The notes beneath the pieces were generated by a model. That model had not been told where the DNA came from and did no database searches. It saw nothing but the letters and a program-made list of their open reading frames with translations. Below are positions 14,264-27,800 of a stretch of DNA of 64,000 nt, piece after piece. Made by a program: the position numbers and the translations under genes. How positions within the stretch are numbered: position 1 is the first letter of the stretch; every line of letters begins with the position of its first letter. Source of the DNA: Octopus bimaculoides (Eukaryota); assembly GCF_001194135.2 (NCBI RefSeq), contig NC_068983.1:30492732-30556731 (forward strand), given 5' to 3'.

Positions 14264-17200
14264 GTGTCTATTTCTCCCTCCCCCGTTTGATTGTTGGCTT
14301 GTTTGGGTCCTCTTAATTTAGCAAAAAATAACGACAAAAGTACTGGCAGCGATTTGTTCGAGCAAACCCCTTCAAAATGATACCCCAGCATGTCCGCAGT
14401 CCAATGACTCTGAAACAAGTAAAAGATAAGATTGGTTGTTGTTTTCCATTATATCTCTGAAATCAGTTGTTCAAGCTATGATTTTCTCTTGTTATATTCT
14501 CTTCAAGCATTGTGTGTCCCGAGCAACATTATGCAATGTGTTATTTTTTAAGACGAAAGGCTGATTTCGGGCACAGATAAACGTTATTTCTAGCTCACAA
14601 GTCCTATCCTCCCTTAGAATAGAGAGGAGGGAGATGGATCAGTTGGCTTGGGCTTGCTACTTTGAGGAGGCTTAATCCCCTTATTAGAAACAAACGAAGT
14701 ATCCTTTGTTAAATATGTACCAAAAGATAGTTTTTTTTGTTCTGTTACCCTTAGTATGCACCTTACATATACATTTATATACCAGTAATCCATGCAAAAA
14801 TCATACATATCTGGCACTGCTTACGAAAATATTTAATGAACAGCTTAAAATAGGACCTACATTTCACAAATTACCTGGGTCAATTACCATTTCCACTATG
14901 GCTAATACTTCACATTTAACCCAAGCCTATTACTAGATTTTCACGGAACTCGAAGAAGCGACCACCTAGAAACGTCTCTCGTTAAATAGTGTGTTCATTA
15001 GTTGATGTTTTACGTTTTCTTTGTGAGTAGCTACAAGAAAAACAAAATAGAGAAAAATAACTGTGATGATTGGTAGAAAAAAATATTCGCATAACAAACA
15101 GTCTTAATGTATTTTCCATGTGTTGTTTTTGTATAAAGATGGTCTGAGTATATTTAGTAACGATTCTACAGGCAAGGCGCCATTTTGTTCGCACGAATCT
15201 ATTTATAATTTATATGCATGCATGATTCTGTTTTCTTATTACAATAAGTATGCTGTATGTCGTTATACAGTGACTCTTTTGCCTCTCTTCGTGGCAGTGG
15301 GGTAATTTTGATGCAAATGTCATTTGCAAAATATTTAACATGTTCTATACATGATTTCAACATTTTCCACATTGAAAGCTTTGTATTGCAAGCAGTGAAT
15401 TGGCAGAGTCGTTAGTGTAAAAAAAGAAAAGAAAACAAAGTCTTGCTATATTTGTTTTTGCCTTTCTGCACTCTGAGTTCAAATCCTGCCAAAGTCAATG
15501 TTTTTTTTTTTTTCATCTTTTCGGGCTCCATAAAATACAGCTCCAGTCCAGGCAGCTGATTAACAAAGTTGTTAAACCGTTTTAAGCTTCTGAAGCATTA
15601 TTTGTTTTGACTGAGTTCTTAGGTGATTGATTCAATTCCGATGTTCGATTAAACACCGTCTGGTAACTGGGTGCCTGCAGCGGCGTTCATTCTAATTAGA
15701 AAAAATATGCCCAGATTTATATTTACTTGCCGACGTTGAAACATTAGCTATTGGCTGATAGTATTTTTCTCATTAGCATTTATTTCTAGTTGGTGTTTTA
15801 TTACTTCTATTAAATATTTCTACGCTAATTTAACCATTGTATTTCTTAATCATAGTATTTCTTTCTTTTCATACGGATGGCACGTCTACGTTATTTATTA
15901 GTATATGTCTCTAATATCACGATATCGGTCAACTGTGTGCTCACGATCTGCATTGTGTAAATTGACACTTTTATTTATCTCCTGTTTCATAAACCTCTAT
16001 TATATATATATATATACATACTTCGTATCTTTTTAATGGTGCATGTTTTTTATACCCGATATCTCACACTCGCTGTGTTTTCATAAGGAAATACAGAAAA
16101 CAGAAGTCAGCAACGAAATTAATATCTGAAGAGAAATAAGCAGTTGCCAATATTCTTTCGTTTAACACCGTTTTGTCAGCCTGGTCTGATAGAATCGCTT
16201 ACTTGTTTTTTTTTTCTTTGTGGAATTGACATTATTTATTTATATCCAGACTTCAAGAAGTTCTTGTTTTACCTTTCACACCCAACACGTTGATAGTTTC
16301 CTCCTGTTATTTACTTAACGTGTCAATAGACAAGTAAATATAAATATTTTTAACAAAGGCGCAAAGGGCCACATAATTTATAGCAGAAACGGATTATATC
16401 GGACTAGTATTTGACTGGTACTCATTCTGTCTACCAAGGAAAGATAGCCCATGTCAGCAGTAATTGAACTGAGAGCGCAAAGACACACATATATATATAT
16501 ATATATATATAGCATAGTACTTTTTTACATCGCTTAACCGTTTCTGCAATTAATCAGCCAAATAAATAGTAAAATGTCTAAACGATGAACTGATTTGTTT
16601 GTAGGAGATACTGATTTCACTCTGAGTACTGTCATATAGATGTGAATATTTCAAAACAATATGATAAATCACAGTGATTAAATACATAACCCCTCGGGTA
16701 TTTTCTTGTTGGGACGTTTTTATTTGATTTGAAGGCGTTTTGATATGCTGAATCCAAAAATGGTATCCATTTCTTACCATCATATCTAACAAGATAGCCA
16801 GAACCACCAATCATCAATGGGTGTTATGCGTGGACTTTAAGATGGTCAGTTTTCTCTTGGGGCAACAAAGTGGGTACACCAAATACCCACGCTTTTCATA
16901 ATGTATAATAGTAGAGCCAGGGAAAAAAATTGGGTGATTAAAGAATAATTGCAGCGTCAAGAATGATCGCAGTGTCTTCTAATGTGATTAAAGAGGCTTT
17001 AGTTCAACCAGAAAATCATCTTACCTCTACTTCATATCAGCCTTGGCATTATGAAGCAATTTATTAAATCTCAGAATAAAGATGGTTCTCCCGACTCATT
17101 CGTCACTCCTCTTGTCATCACTCATGTCACTCAGACTAAGCACAGCTTTTCGTCTCCAGATTATCATCCCTCTTGAATTTGATCCCTGTTCAAGTTATTG

Positions 17201-20200
17201 TAGTTTAGCTCCAGTTCAATCCTGACTCAATATACATCATCAAACGCGTTCTAGTCGTGACTATCACATCTGCATTTATGTCAGAGTATGATTAGTCTTT
17301 CCTTTTTCTATAACACTACAGTTTATTTAGATGGAGTTTCGCTGCCCTTTTTACCAGATCGAGCAAGCATCTTCCGTTCTTTTTTGTTGGTTTGTTTTTT
17401 TGTTTTCTTTATGGTTAAAAAATATTTTAAAAGTTTCATTCTTTATAAGTACGTTATTAGAGATCGGCTACTCATTCCTGTCCACACTTTATTCATGAGT
17501 TTCCTGCAGGTATTAACTTGCAATTATTACAAGGATACATTAATAATGTCTATCTCAAACACTTAAAATACAATTAAAATAAAAGTGAACATAGCATTGC
17601 ATTTCATATTTTATTACTGCTTTCATTTCTTTTCAGAGGCAATGACGTTTTTGCTACATATCGAGTTACGAGAAGAAGCTGGTACTTTCGACTACAAACC
17701 GTTATATTATATCTCAGAATACGCCAATAAATCGCACAAACAGTATGAAAATATAAGTAATCGGATTTTACGATCAGGGGTGAGTTACTTATGTCTAATT
17801 ATATCTTTTTTTCCCCACAAATATAAAATCAGTCATTAATAGTGCAGTAGTCGTAATTGATGTTCATGATCAAAAGCTTTCTGCACCTTCACACATCTTG
17901 CTTTCGGGATTAGTTTATCTAGGAATACATTAGCGTTTGCTTAATTTTTAAAGCCGTGTTGTTTGATATGAGATTTAATTGCTATATCTTACAGGTTACG
18001 CAACCATTTAGAAGCTTCCTGACTAATACATCGGTAAATATTTATAATAGAAGCTATGATGGTCGGGCCTTTATTCAAGGCATTAACTATGCTTGTGAAA
18101 TGAAATAACACTAATTGGGAACTGAAACCGGTTAGTTTGTCATATGGAAGTTTCGCTCATTTCTACAATACCTACCTCTTACTTAAGAAATAGTGGTGCC
18201 TTCTGATTCGATGTTTTTAGGCAAGGAAAATGAAATATTGTGACATTTAAGTGATTCCAAAAAGATACTGTTGGGGAGAGAGAAGCAAAATTCTCCTAGT
18301 AACAGCGGTACTTTGTACATATCGCTCAGTTATATGAGCGTATACTAATGTACAATTAGTTTCACACTTGGAGATTTGTATGTCAGTAAAAACTTCCCAG
18401 ATTTTCCTGACGGAGTGAAATTCTACTCTGTGCAATGCAGGTTTTGCAATATTTCGCAGAGATTTTAGAGCATTTGATATACTACATTGTGCTATTCGTT
18501 CAGGTTCTATGCGAGCTGAGTTCAAATCGCACTGAGGCCAACATTCTATTCAACATATTCCCTTCTCAGATTCATATTGCTTTTCGTCCTTGTCAATAAA
18601 AAAAGAATCCCTATTCGCATGAATATATATAATTAACATCTCGCATAATATGGATAACAGAATTAAACGAATATTCAGAGCACGATGTATAATGCATAGC
18701 AAGAAATTTTCCCCTCAACATCTGGATAATTAAACACAGCTCTAATAATCAATCAAAATTCCAATAAATAAACAAGCAAACAGGAGATGATAAATCAACG
18801 AATAATTTAATATAGCAGCGTTTTTCTTCTCCCTCTCTCCCTCAAAGACATCAGCTGTGATTAGACAGAGAGAGAGAGATTGACTGAATCCACCAGGTTT
18901 ATATTACCAAAGACACGTATTTCACCTAGGCACAGAGATGTCTATGTAGTTAAAAAGCTCACTTTGCAACCAATTGGTTTGGGGCTCATGCCCATTGCGC
19001 AACACCTAGGGCAAGTGTCTTCTCCTATAGCTTCGGGCCGACCGATGCTTTGTGAGTGAATTTAGTAGGCGGAAACTGTGTGTGTGTACCTTTTTGTTTG
19101 TCACCCCACACCGCTTGCAACCGGCGCTGGTCATTTTTTCTCTCTTGTAACACACCCCTTAACTTAGCGGTTCAGTAAAATGTACGATGGAATAAGTACC
19201 AGACTTAAATAAGTACTGAAATCGATTTATTCGACTAACACCCCTTCAAGGTGGTGTTCCGGCATGGTTAGTAGGCCAATGACTGAAACAAGAAAGGCGC
19301 CATTACGTTGGAGGCCCAACCTAGAACGATAAGCTGGAGGTAGCGAAGACAGAAGTCATTAGATATTCTGGAACAAAGCGTTCGTAACGGCTTTAGTTAT
19401 AAGTATCGATTTGTTAGAGTTCTTCTGAGTAAACACGTTGGAAAATGGTGGAGCACAGTTGACGAAATCGCACACTAGATTGTTACTAGATTTTTTTTCC
19501 TTTTTTTTTTATCGAATCCTGAACGGTAAAAAGATGAATGTTAACATGATGTACACAGGATTAGCACTCAAGACAAAGAACCCCAAGCTGAATTAAATTA
19601 TCGGACAGTAAGTGCGGTACCCTATTACTTTTGTCGACCTAAACAGTATTACGCATCTAGTGAAGTGCTCTAGCGTCCTGCCGCACCAGTGTATGGCCTG
19701 GTGGTTAGGATATTGCACATGCGATTGCAAGAATGTGGTTCTTGAGAAAAAAAAATAACAATTTCACATTGTTCCACTCAGTTGTAAATCGTTAAAGTTA
19801 CGAAGGACTGTCGTTCTGTTCAGCAGGGATGATGGCCTGCCCACCTAACCAGCGTGGTAGCATCATTCGAGGGTAAATCAACGCAGTGTATAACATTCGA
19901 TAGTCTGGCCGATACTGATGTATATGTACACACACACACACACATGCTCGATTTTAAAGTTGAACTCTAAGCAGATAAAGCTGTAAACAATGGTGTGTGA
20001 ATATTGAATTTTAAAAAAAAACCCTTTTAATAGAGAAATTAGAAAGCTTCGAGTTCAACTATTAGAAACGACTTATTTCACGTCCTCTCGAAGCTTCTAA
20101 ATTCTTATGATGTAGCTTTCTGTTATACCTGGTTGAGAGTAGAGAAATGTAAAATACATAACACACACACACACACACACACACATCGGGAGAGAGAAAA

Positions 20201-23200
20201 ATATAAGATAGATGCGTGCGCACACACACACATACATATAAATCTATTTTACATTTCCCTCTCCAGTTTTCACGTTTGTCTACGGTTTAGCAGTTGTTAG
20301 TAAAAGATAGTTATAACAGACTTTATTGAAACCAATACATCAGAATGAATATTTACGTTGTTGCTGCTGCGAATCAACCTTCCCCAACCCATCTGTTAGA
20401 CCAATGATCCAGGATTACATTAATGTATCTTTCTGGCTTTTAAGATGGTGTGGTGTAAGGCTGATTTAACTGCTGCTTTTAGTAGCAAATCTCTGTCTCA
20501 CATAAAAGTGCTCGCCGTGGCTCATCTGGTAGCTTTTACATTGGTGTAGGACAATGGTTCTCCGTCGGGGTCCATATGGCCCCTGAGGGTCCATATAAGA
20601 TTTTGTGGGGTCCACACCACAAAATAGCAAATTGGGGACCCACAATAGTATTTTAAGTACCCCTGAAAAAAAAAACTGTTTAAAATGTATGTATTGGCAT
20701 GTATGGCAAGCAACAGCTACGTTTCTTCTAACATTTTACGTAGTTCAACCTACACAAGTTAATGTGTGAAAAACCAAATAGGAATTTTGAAGAAGTTTCT
20801 ATAAAACTAATTTTTAAGCATCGAATGGCTATGGGGGTCTACCAGAATGAAATAGTAATTAAAGGGGTCCATAGGAAATAATGGTTGAGAACCCCTGGAG
20901 TAGGAGATCCCCAACGCGATAACAAGTGACTCATTCGTGTATAAATCGCATCGGTAATTTACTGTGAAATTTTGGTAAAAAGAAAAACCTTTTCTCTTCA
21001 TAATTTTAGCTTTGCCCTGTGTTGTCCTCTTCACAGTCTTTTCAGTTAAAATCAAGTACAAAATGGTGCGACTTACACACGAGTATATAAGGTAACTCGA
21101 GGTTTCTAAACCCTGCAGATTTCTTTTGTTTAAGAAGCCTTTTAAAGTATTAGACTGGTGTTAGTTTGATGCAAAGACCCCCGAGTCATGGTCCAGTTTT
21201 CTTTCTACCGCTCTAGTGTGCTGATGATTTTCTCCCCTTCTGATTATAAGTTTTGATTTCTAACATTGACACAAGACCGTTAAATGGATATCCAGTACTT
21301 GACTATAATTTATTTTATCGATTCTCGGAAAGATGAAAGATGACTCCGGAATGATTTAAGCTCATAATGTTGATAGCCATAAACTAAGACATTTTTCAGT
21401 CTCTCTAATGATTCTGCCAATCAGTGTAACTTCGATTAATTGCTCTGTAGATATTCTGTCCTAGATGCTTCCACTGCGCCGCTATAAAATTCCTACTTGT
21501 ATTGATTTCTTACATAAGCCGTATGCTTCCAGAGGAAGCACTATCGATTAAATCCACTCTAATATTAGTGTTTAGTCTTAGATCTTCTTGCATTATTGTA
21601 AATCTGCCGTAGTTCTGTCCGCGTTTATCCAACTGGTCCTTGTATATTTGAGGGTTTCCTGGAATTTTCAGTGCCAAATATTCTAGGATCGGCCCCTTTT
21701 CCGGATTTCATCTCCTTGCAATTTTTGTACACCGAGCTGCTAGCAGGCGCCAAAAATAACCTGCTAAGCGAAACCATGACGTAATTTTGAGGATCTTCTG
21801 TAAGCATCATTAGCTGAATGTCATTAGATTTTTGGCAACTTTTGCAGTCATTTTCCATGTTTCACTGCTATACAGCACTTTGGGCAGAGCTCTTGCATTT
21901 TAAAATGCACATCTTCTGTGCAGTACTGTTGCTTGTTGATCGAAATCTGGCACATATGCTGGAACAGGGCTCATACCTTGCCAAATCAATTATTACTAAT
22001 TGGATAATAATTACTATCTAGAGGATTAGAGACAGTGTATTAACAGGTTGAATTTACGTTGGAATATGCCCAAATTTAAAAGAGATAGTTGTTTTTGCTT
22101 TGCCATAGTCAGTTGTAATTGACCAAGTCTCATGACAAAAGACGCTCCAGCTGTGACTACCCCATATTTTTACTGCAGATATATATCTGCATTATCCAAT
22201 ACATCCGGGCTTATTAACGGTAATTTAGCTGCTATGTTTAGCAAGATGCTTTACTGTTCAGATTTCTCTCGATGGTTTATGAAAACAAATGATTTAAGTA
22301 ACAGAAAAATAGAGACGGGTTCAACTGATAAGACTGTGTGGAGTTTTGAGATATTTGAGAATGTAGTCATGCAAGAAATGTTAAAATATTTTAGAAAACA
22401 TAACTTATTTATTATATAGGGGCCATACAAACTCTCTAGGAAGTTCCAATATAAAGGGCTTATGAATCAGTTGGAAATAGAAAACAAATCATCCTAGTTT
22501 CACATTGTGCAATGCAGTCCTACATATATAGAAAAAACGAGATGGTCTCGGTTGGAATTCTGCGGCTAGGGCCGGATTAAGACCCATAGAGGCCTTAAGC
22601 ACTTAAAAGATTTTGACACTCCGTATATAATTCAAAATTTAAACAATAATAGACCATAGAATAATTTTTTTTATTTTTCAAAATGAAACAAAACTTAGTG
22701 AGATAGAAAAATAATGTTCAATTACTTCCACTTCATTTATATTTGAAAAGTTTTTCTCTTTTTTAATTGCAAAATCTTTGATCAGATTCTCATGACAACA
22801 TGAATACTTCAAAATTATATTTCCGATCACATAAACCACTTGAAATATTATTTTTGCAAGTGATTTCTTTTGTGCCGCAAACTATTTACCATTTTTCTAG
22901 TGCCCCCTTCCTTTGATGCCCGGTGTATATGCTTATTTTGCTTAATGACTAATCCAGTACTGCTCGGAGCTGACTAGGGGTTAAATAACAAGAACAAGCA
23001 GCCAAATAGCCCTTGTATCACAACCAAGTTTCATTAAAAGGGAAGGAGGAAAAGAATAAAGTAATGCTAGATTCGCTGAATGGTCACTGTTGCAATGTCT
23101 TCGATCATAGGCCCAATAAATCGACATTGACCTTGTGTGAAACCACAACAGCAATGTAGGGGCTTTATTTGATATTGTCAGGCATAATATCTTATCAATG

Positions 23201-24764
23201 TTGACAGTTAAAAAACTGGCAGTTAAAAACGTTTTTATAAAGACAATTTCCTCACTTTGTGCTAAGACATTCTTTTAGAATTATCTTATGGTGTATCTGT
23301 GAGCTTACTCAACCAGGAAATTACTAAACATCAAACCAAAGAATATAATTAGATACTCTGTTACTGTATTTTGTAAATGAATAAGGAACGTTTGATTTAT
23401 TACATCAACAAAATAATTTTGAATTGGGTGACTGCTTTTTAAAATAATTACAGAAAATTGCGAAGTATCCAGTCTGAGGACTACTTCCCCTACCCAGCCA
23501 GGAAAGGATAATAGCGCTACCTTTCTTCCTAGTACTAAACCGTGTATATGCATGCATTTATATCAAAACTTGGCGGTCAACCGTGTATATGCGTGCATTT
23601 ATATCAACTTGGCTGAGGCTGGTTGTTCCACCATAGAACAAAACTCAAAGTGGAAATGTCAACTCCTGATGTAATAAACATATACCATTTCTACCCAACG
23701 TATCAGATAATGCTTGCACTATATAGAATATATTTTCGTATACTTTACAGCGCTTACATTGCGGTGTGTGTGTGTATTTAGGGCGATCTGAAATTACCAA
23801 ATCCTTCAATGTAGTGCCCCAGCATCGACTTAATTATTAACAAAGATGGTTTTATTATTGACGTCATAGTTTATCCCTAGATCCACTCTGAATAAGCCTA
23901 TGATCAAAGGCGTTCTAAACATGACCATCTCGCCTTTTTTTATATTCAGGATTACATTAGCCAGCGTCTTCATTATGTGTGCGTATGTATTTGACCGCGA
24001 GCATAGTTTGACAGCCAGTGTTGGTTTGTTTACGTCCCGTAAATTAACGGTTTGGCAAAAAGAAACCGATAGAATAAATACCAGACTTTAAAAATGTACT
24101 GAGATTGATTTGTTCAACTAAACCCCTTAAGGAGGCAATCCGCATGGCCGCAGTCTAATAACTGAAACAGATAAAAGATAGTAGGGTGTGATTTTAATGA
24201 TCTCGCTGCTATTTCTAGCAGATCCTGCATAGAATCTTCTTTGGATCCAAGGGAACATTAAAAGTGAGCCTTGTCAAGCAAGCACCCCAAGCGATTATAT
24301 ATTCATTTATAAATATGTATTTATGTGCACTTATCAGCTGAGAGAAATAATATACTTCTGTTAATAAAGTAACAATTGTCAGACACCAAACTACATCATA
24401 AAAACATATTTAAAGCCAAAAAGAATAAGATTGGTGTTAATTTTACGAGAATCATATTCTTTATCCTTTATTGATGGTGTAGTTTGTTGGTTATATGCGT
24501 GTGAGGCTACCTGTGAATAATATAACACCAAACGAACATTAATAGTAACTTTTATTTAACTACACGAATAATTTTAAAATTTGTCATGAATTATAAAGTT
24601 TCGACATCAAGTCAACACAGCTGAAGGAATGATTCTGTAGCATTCATAATTAGTTGATTACAAAAGCTCTATATTGAGGCTTGTCAAGACGCGGTAGATT
24701 CAATCAACATATCCTATCCAAGCTGAGCAGACAGTCGTGAAAACGACTATTATAAAGACGAGGA

Positions 24765-24817
<53 letters not shown>

Positions 24818-27800
24818 CAGGTTGCCACACACTCTGAAAATTGGCGTTAAAAGTAGCCTTTATATAACCCTTGTAGCGGAAAAGTTCCTGAAGGATATAG
24901 TGATTTACCGCATGATGTCTGGCTGCTGATTGGCCAATAACGTGAAGAAGCCGTTGTTATATCATGACTTTAACTTCGTAATTCGACGACTCGGTTTCGA
25001 GTTTCGCTACAATATCTTAGAAAGGCAGTGAGTGGCAGAGTAATTTTTTGAATTCAAATTCTGCGGACATTAATTTCTGTCTTTTATCGTTATGGTAGTC
25101 AGTAATATAAATCCCATTACCTTAATCGACTACGTTCTTCCTCCAAATATTGTCTAATGCTAATGTTAGAAAATCCTCTTTGTTGGTTTTAAAAAAGGCG
25201 ATGAGTGGCAAAAAAGGGAGATTAAATGCCTCACAATATTTAATAATTTTCTTTATGTTCTGATTTTTAATCCTGTCATTGTTGACTTCGCATTTATTCC
25301 CTCTGGAGCTAGCTATTGTAATCGATTATATCACACCACCAATTGTGTGGCCTTATGTTTAAGCTATAAATTATTCTCAGCAGATTCTCGTTGAGGGGTT
25401 GGGATCACTAGGTGAAATTATGGGAGTTACTTAGTATGTACTAGTCAAAGAAACTCAAATGTTCCAGTTTAGTATCGTTCATGTTGACCTCCCAAATTTC
25501 TGAGGTTAACGTGGGTGAGGTTCAGCTATAGCTTTTATAGACTGACATCCGGGAAAAATGAGTTGTAAGAAATTCAAGTGTTTACAATGCAGTTTTGGCA
25601 ATGCTATACATGTGGTTTTGTAATGAAAGATATAATTAGTGATTGTGAAGTCTAGCACCTGTGGCATTTTATGAATATCTAAACTTGGTTATTGTATAAG
25701 TTACCTATATGGTACGCCTTCGCAGATTACGGCGACGAGTATTCCAGCTGATCCATAAACGGAACTACATAGTCATTATATCATAATGTATGTAAGTGGC
25801 TAAGGCGGCGAGCTGGCAGAATCATTGAGGTGTTGGACAAAAGCTTAGCAGTGTTTCTTTTGGCTGATTACGTTATGAGTTCAAATTCTGCTGAGAACAA
25901 CTTTGCTTTTCAGCCTTTCGGGATCGATAAAATACAAACCAGTCAAGTACTGGAGTTAATGCAATCGGTTTGCCCACTCCCCTCGAAATTGCTGGCATTT
26001 GCCAAAATTAGGAAGAACTATAAGTGGCTGAATATTCATGAACGAAGTTCAAACACAGTGTATGACTGTGAATTAGCAGTCGTAAGAGCGTCGAGTACAA
26101 TGCTTTCCGGTGTTTGCTTCGACTCTCTGCGTTCCGAGTTCAAATCTTACCGAGGTCAATTTTGTTTCCCATCCCTTGTAAATTAAAACTAAAAGTACCA
26201 ATCCAATATAATGGACTGGTTGGACTGTAAGAATGTCAGATGAGATACCTTCTGGCATTTTTCTCCTTGCTTTGCATTCTCAATTCAAATCCCACTATGG
26301 TAAACATAGGTGGTAGACTTAATCCATACTATTTTAACATCATTCCGCGACACCTTTCGTGTCCTTTGTTCACTCTGCTGTAAGAGTTTAGCCCAGGCTT
26401 CCGGATTGATGATACTTCTCGCCTTTCATCTCACCAATCTTGGAAGCCCAACCTTCTCTCTTGACTAAAAGAGAAACAAAATTTAACTCTTTGAATTACA
26501 GATTGAGTCCATACCACATGTTTCCACACAGCTTCTGTCTCTAATTTCACTCATAAGGTTTAGTTCAATCCGAGTCTGTGGTAGAAACAGTATTCCAAGA
26601 TGCCACACTGAGATGACATTGGATATCTCAAGTAGACTCCTTTAGTAATTGGTTGTAGCTACACACTTCGTGACCTTATAGAATTCTTGATCACACAGAT
26701 TATTTATCGATCTTCTTCCTTTCAGAGAAAGTTCTGATCAGGTCTTCTTTTCATTTTGTCGTAACTACTTCACACAACCTATGATATCTGTGAAAAAAGA
26801 CTTGAGTATCTTATTTTCTGTTTCTGACTTTCACCTTTGATTATAAGTCTACTGCTCTGAGGATGATCTGGAACTAAACAAAAAATAAAACCCCAATCTC
26901 TACCATAGACCTGACACTCTTCGGAAGTAATTTTGGTTTCAAATTTTGGCACAAATCCAGTAATTTCAAGGGTGGGGTAAGTTGATTACACCAATTCCAA
27001 GTGCTCAACTGGTACTTATTTTATCGACCATGAAAGTCAAATTCGACCTAAACCAGCAAGAAAAACGCCACCAAATTCCTTTACATCACATCCCTATCAT
27101 ATAAAAACGAAGGAACGACACATTCAATAATGTAGTCTTAAACATGCTAAAAGATAGAATAGTTACGGCTGAAATGACTTTGATTATATATCTGCTCGAT
27201 CAGGACTGATTTAGAACTAGGTACCATACCAAAGCGAACCAACCTCTCAGGTATGGACAATCGTTTTCGAGAGCGGGATGCATGAGACGTCTCGTCATTT
27301 GGTGAGCTGTGCTACTAAAAACATTTAAGGTAATTTTTCGTTGGCGTCATTCAGAAGTTTTGCGAGCCGTAGTTTGTTCACGACTGCTCTACACGGTTAC
27401 ATAACATGCTAGAAACGGCAGCTAATTTTTCTCAAATTTGAACTTCCTGCCTTCAAAAATTGGAAGACATTTGAAATGTCTAACTGATATGAATGGCCGT
27501 GGCCGGAACCATCACACCTTTGATTTTAAGTCTGTTGTTCTGAGGATGATCTGGAGTTAAACAAAAAAAAAAAAACCCAATCTCTACCCTAGATCCGACA
27601 CTCCTCAGAAGTAATATTGGTTTCAAATTTTGGCACAAGTCCAGTAATTTCGGGGGTGGGGTAAGTTGATTACACCAATTCCAAATGCTCAACTGGTACT
27701 TATTTTATCGACCATGATAGGCAAATTCGACCTTGGAGGAATTTGAACTCAGAAGGTAAAGACAAGCGAAATGCCGCTAAGCATATTGCCTGACGTACTA

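Noticed and set aside
16632-16817. Protein-like minus [17 protein letters not shown]...
   Set aside because: It overlaps the + strand transposase relic, has no splice support, and is not recognised.
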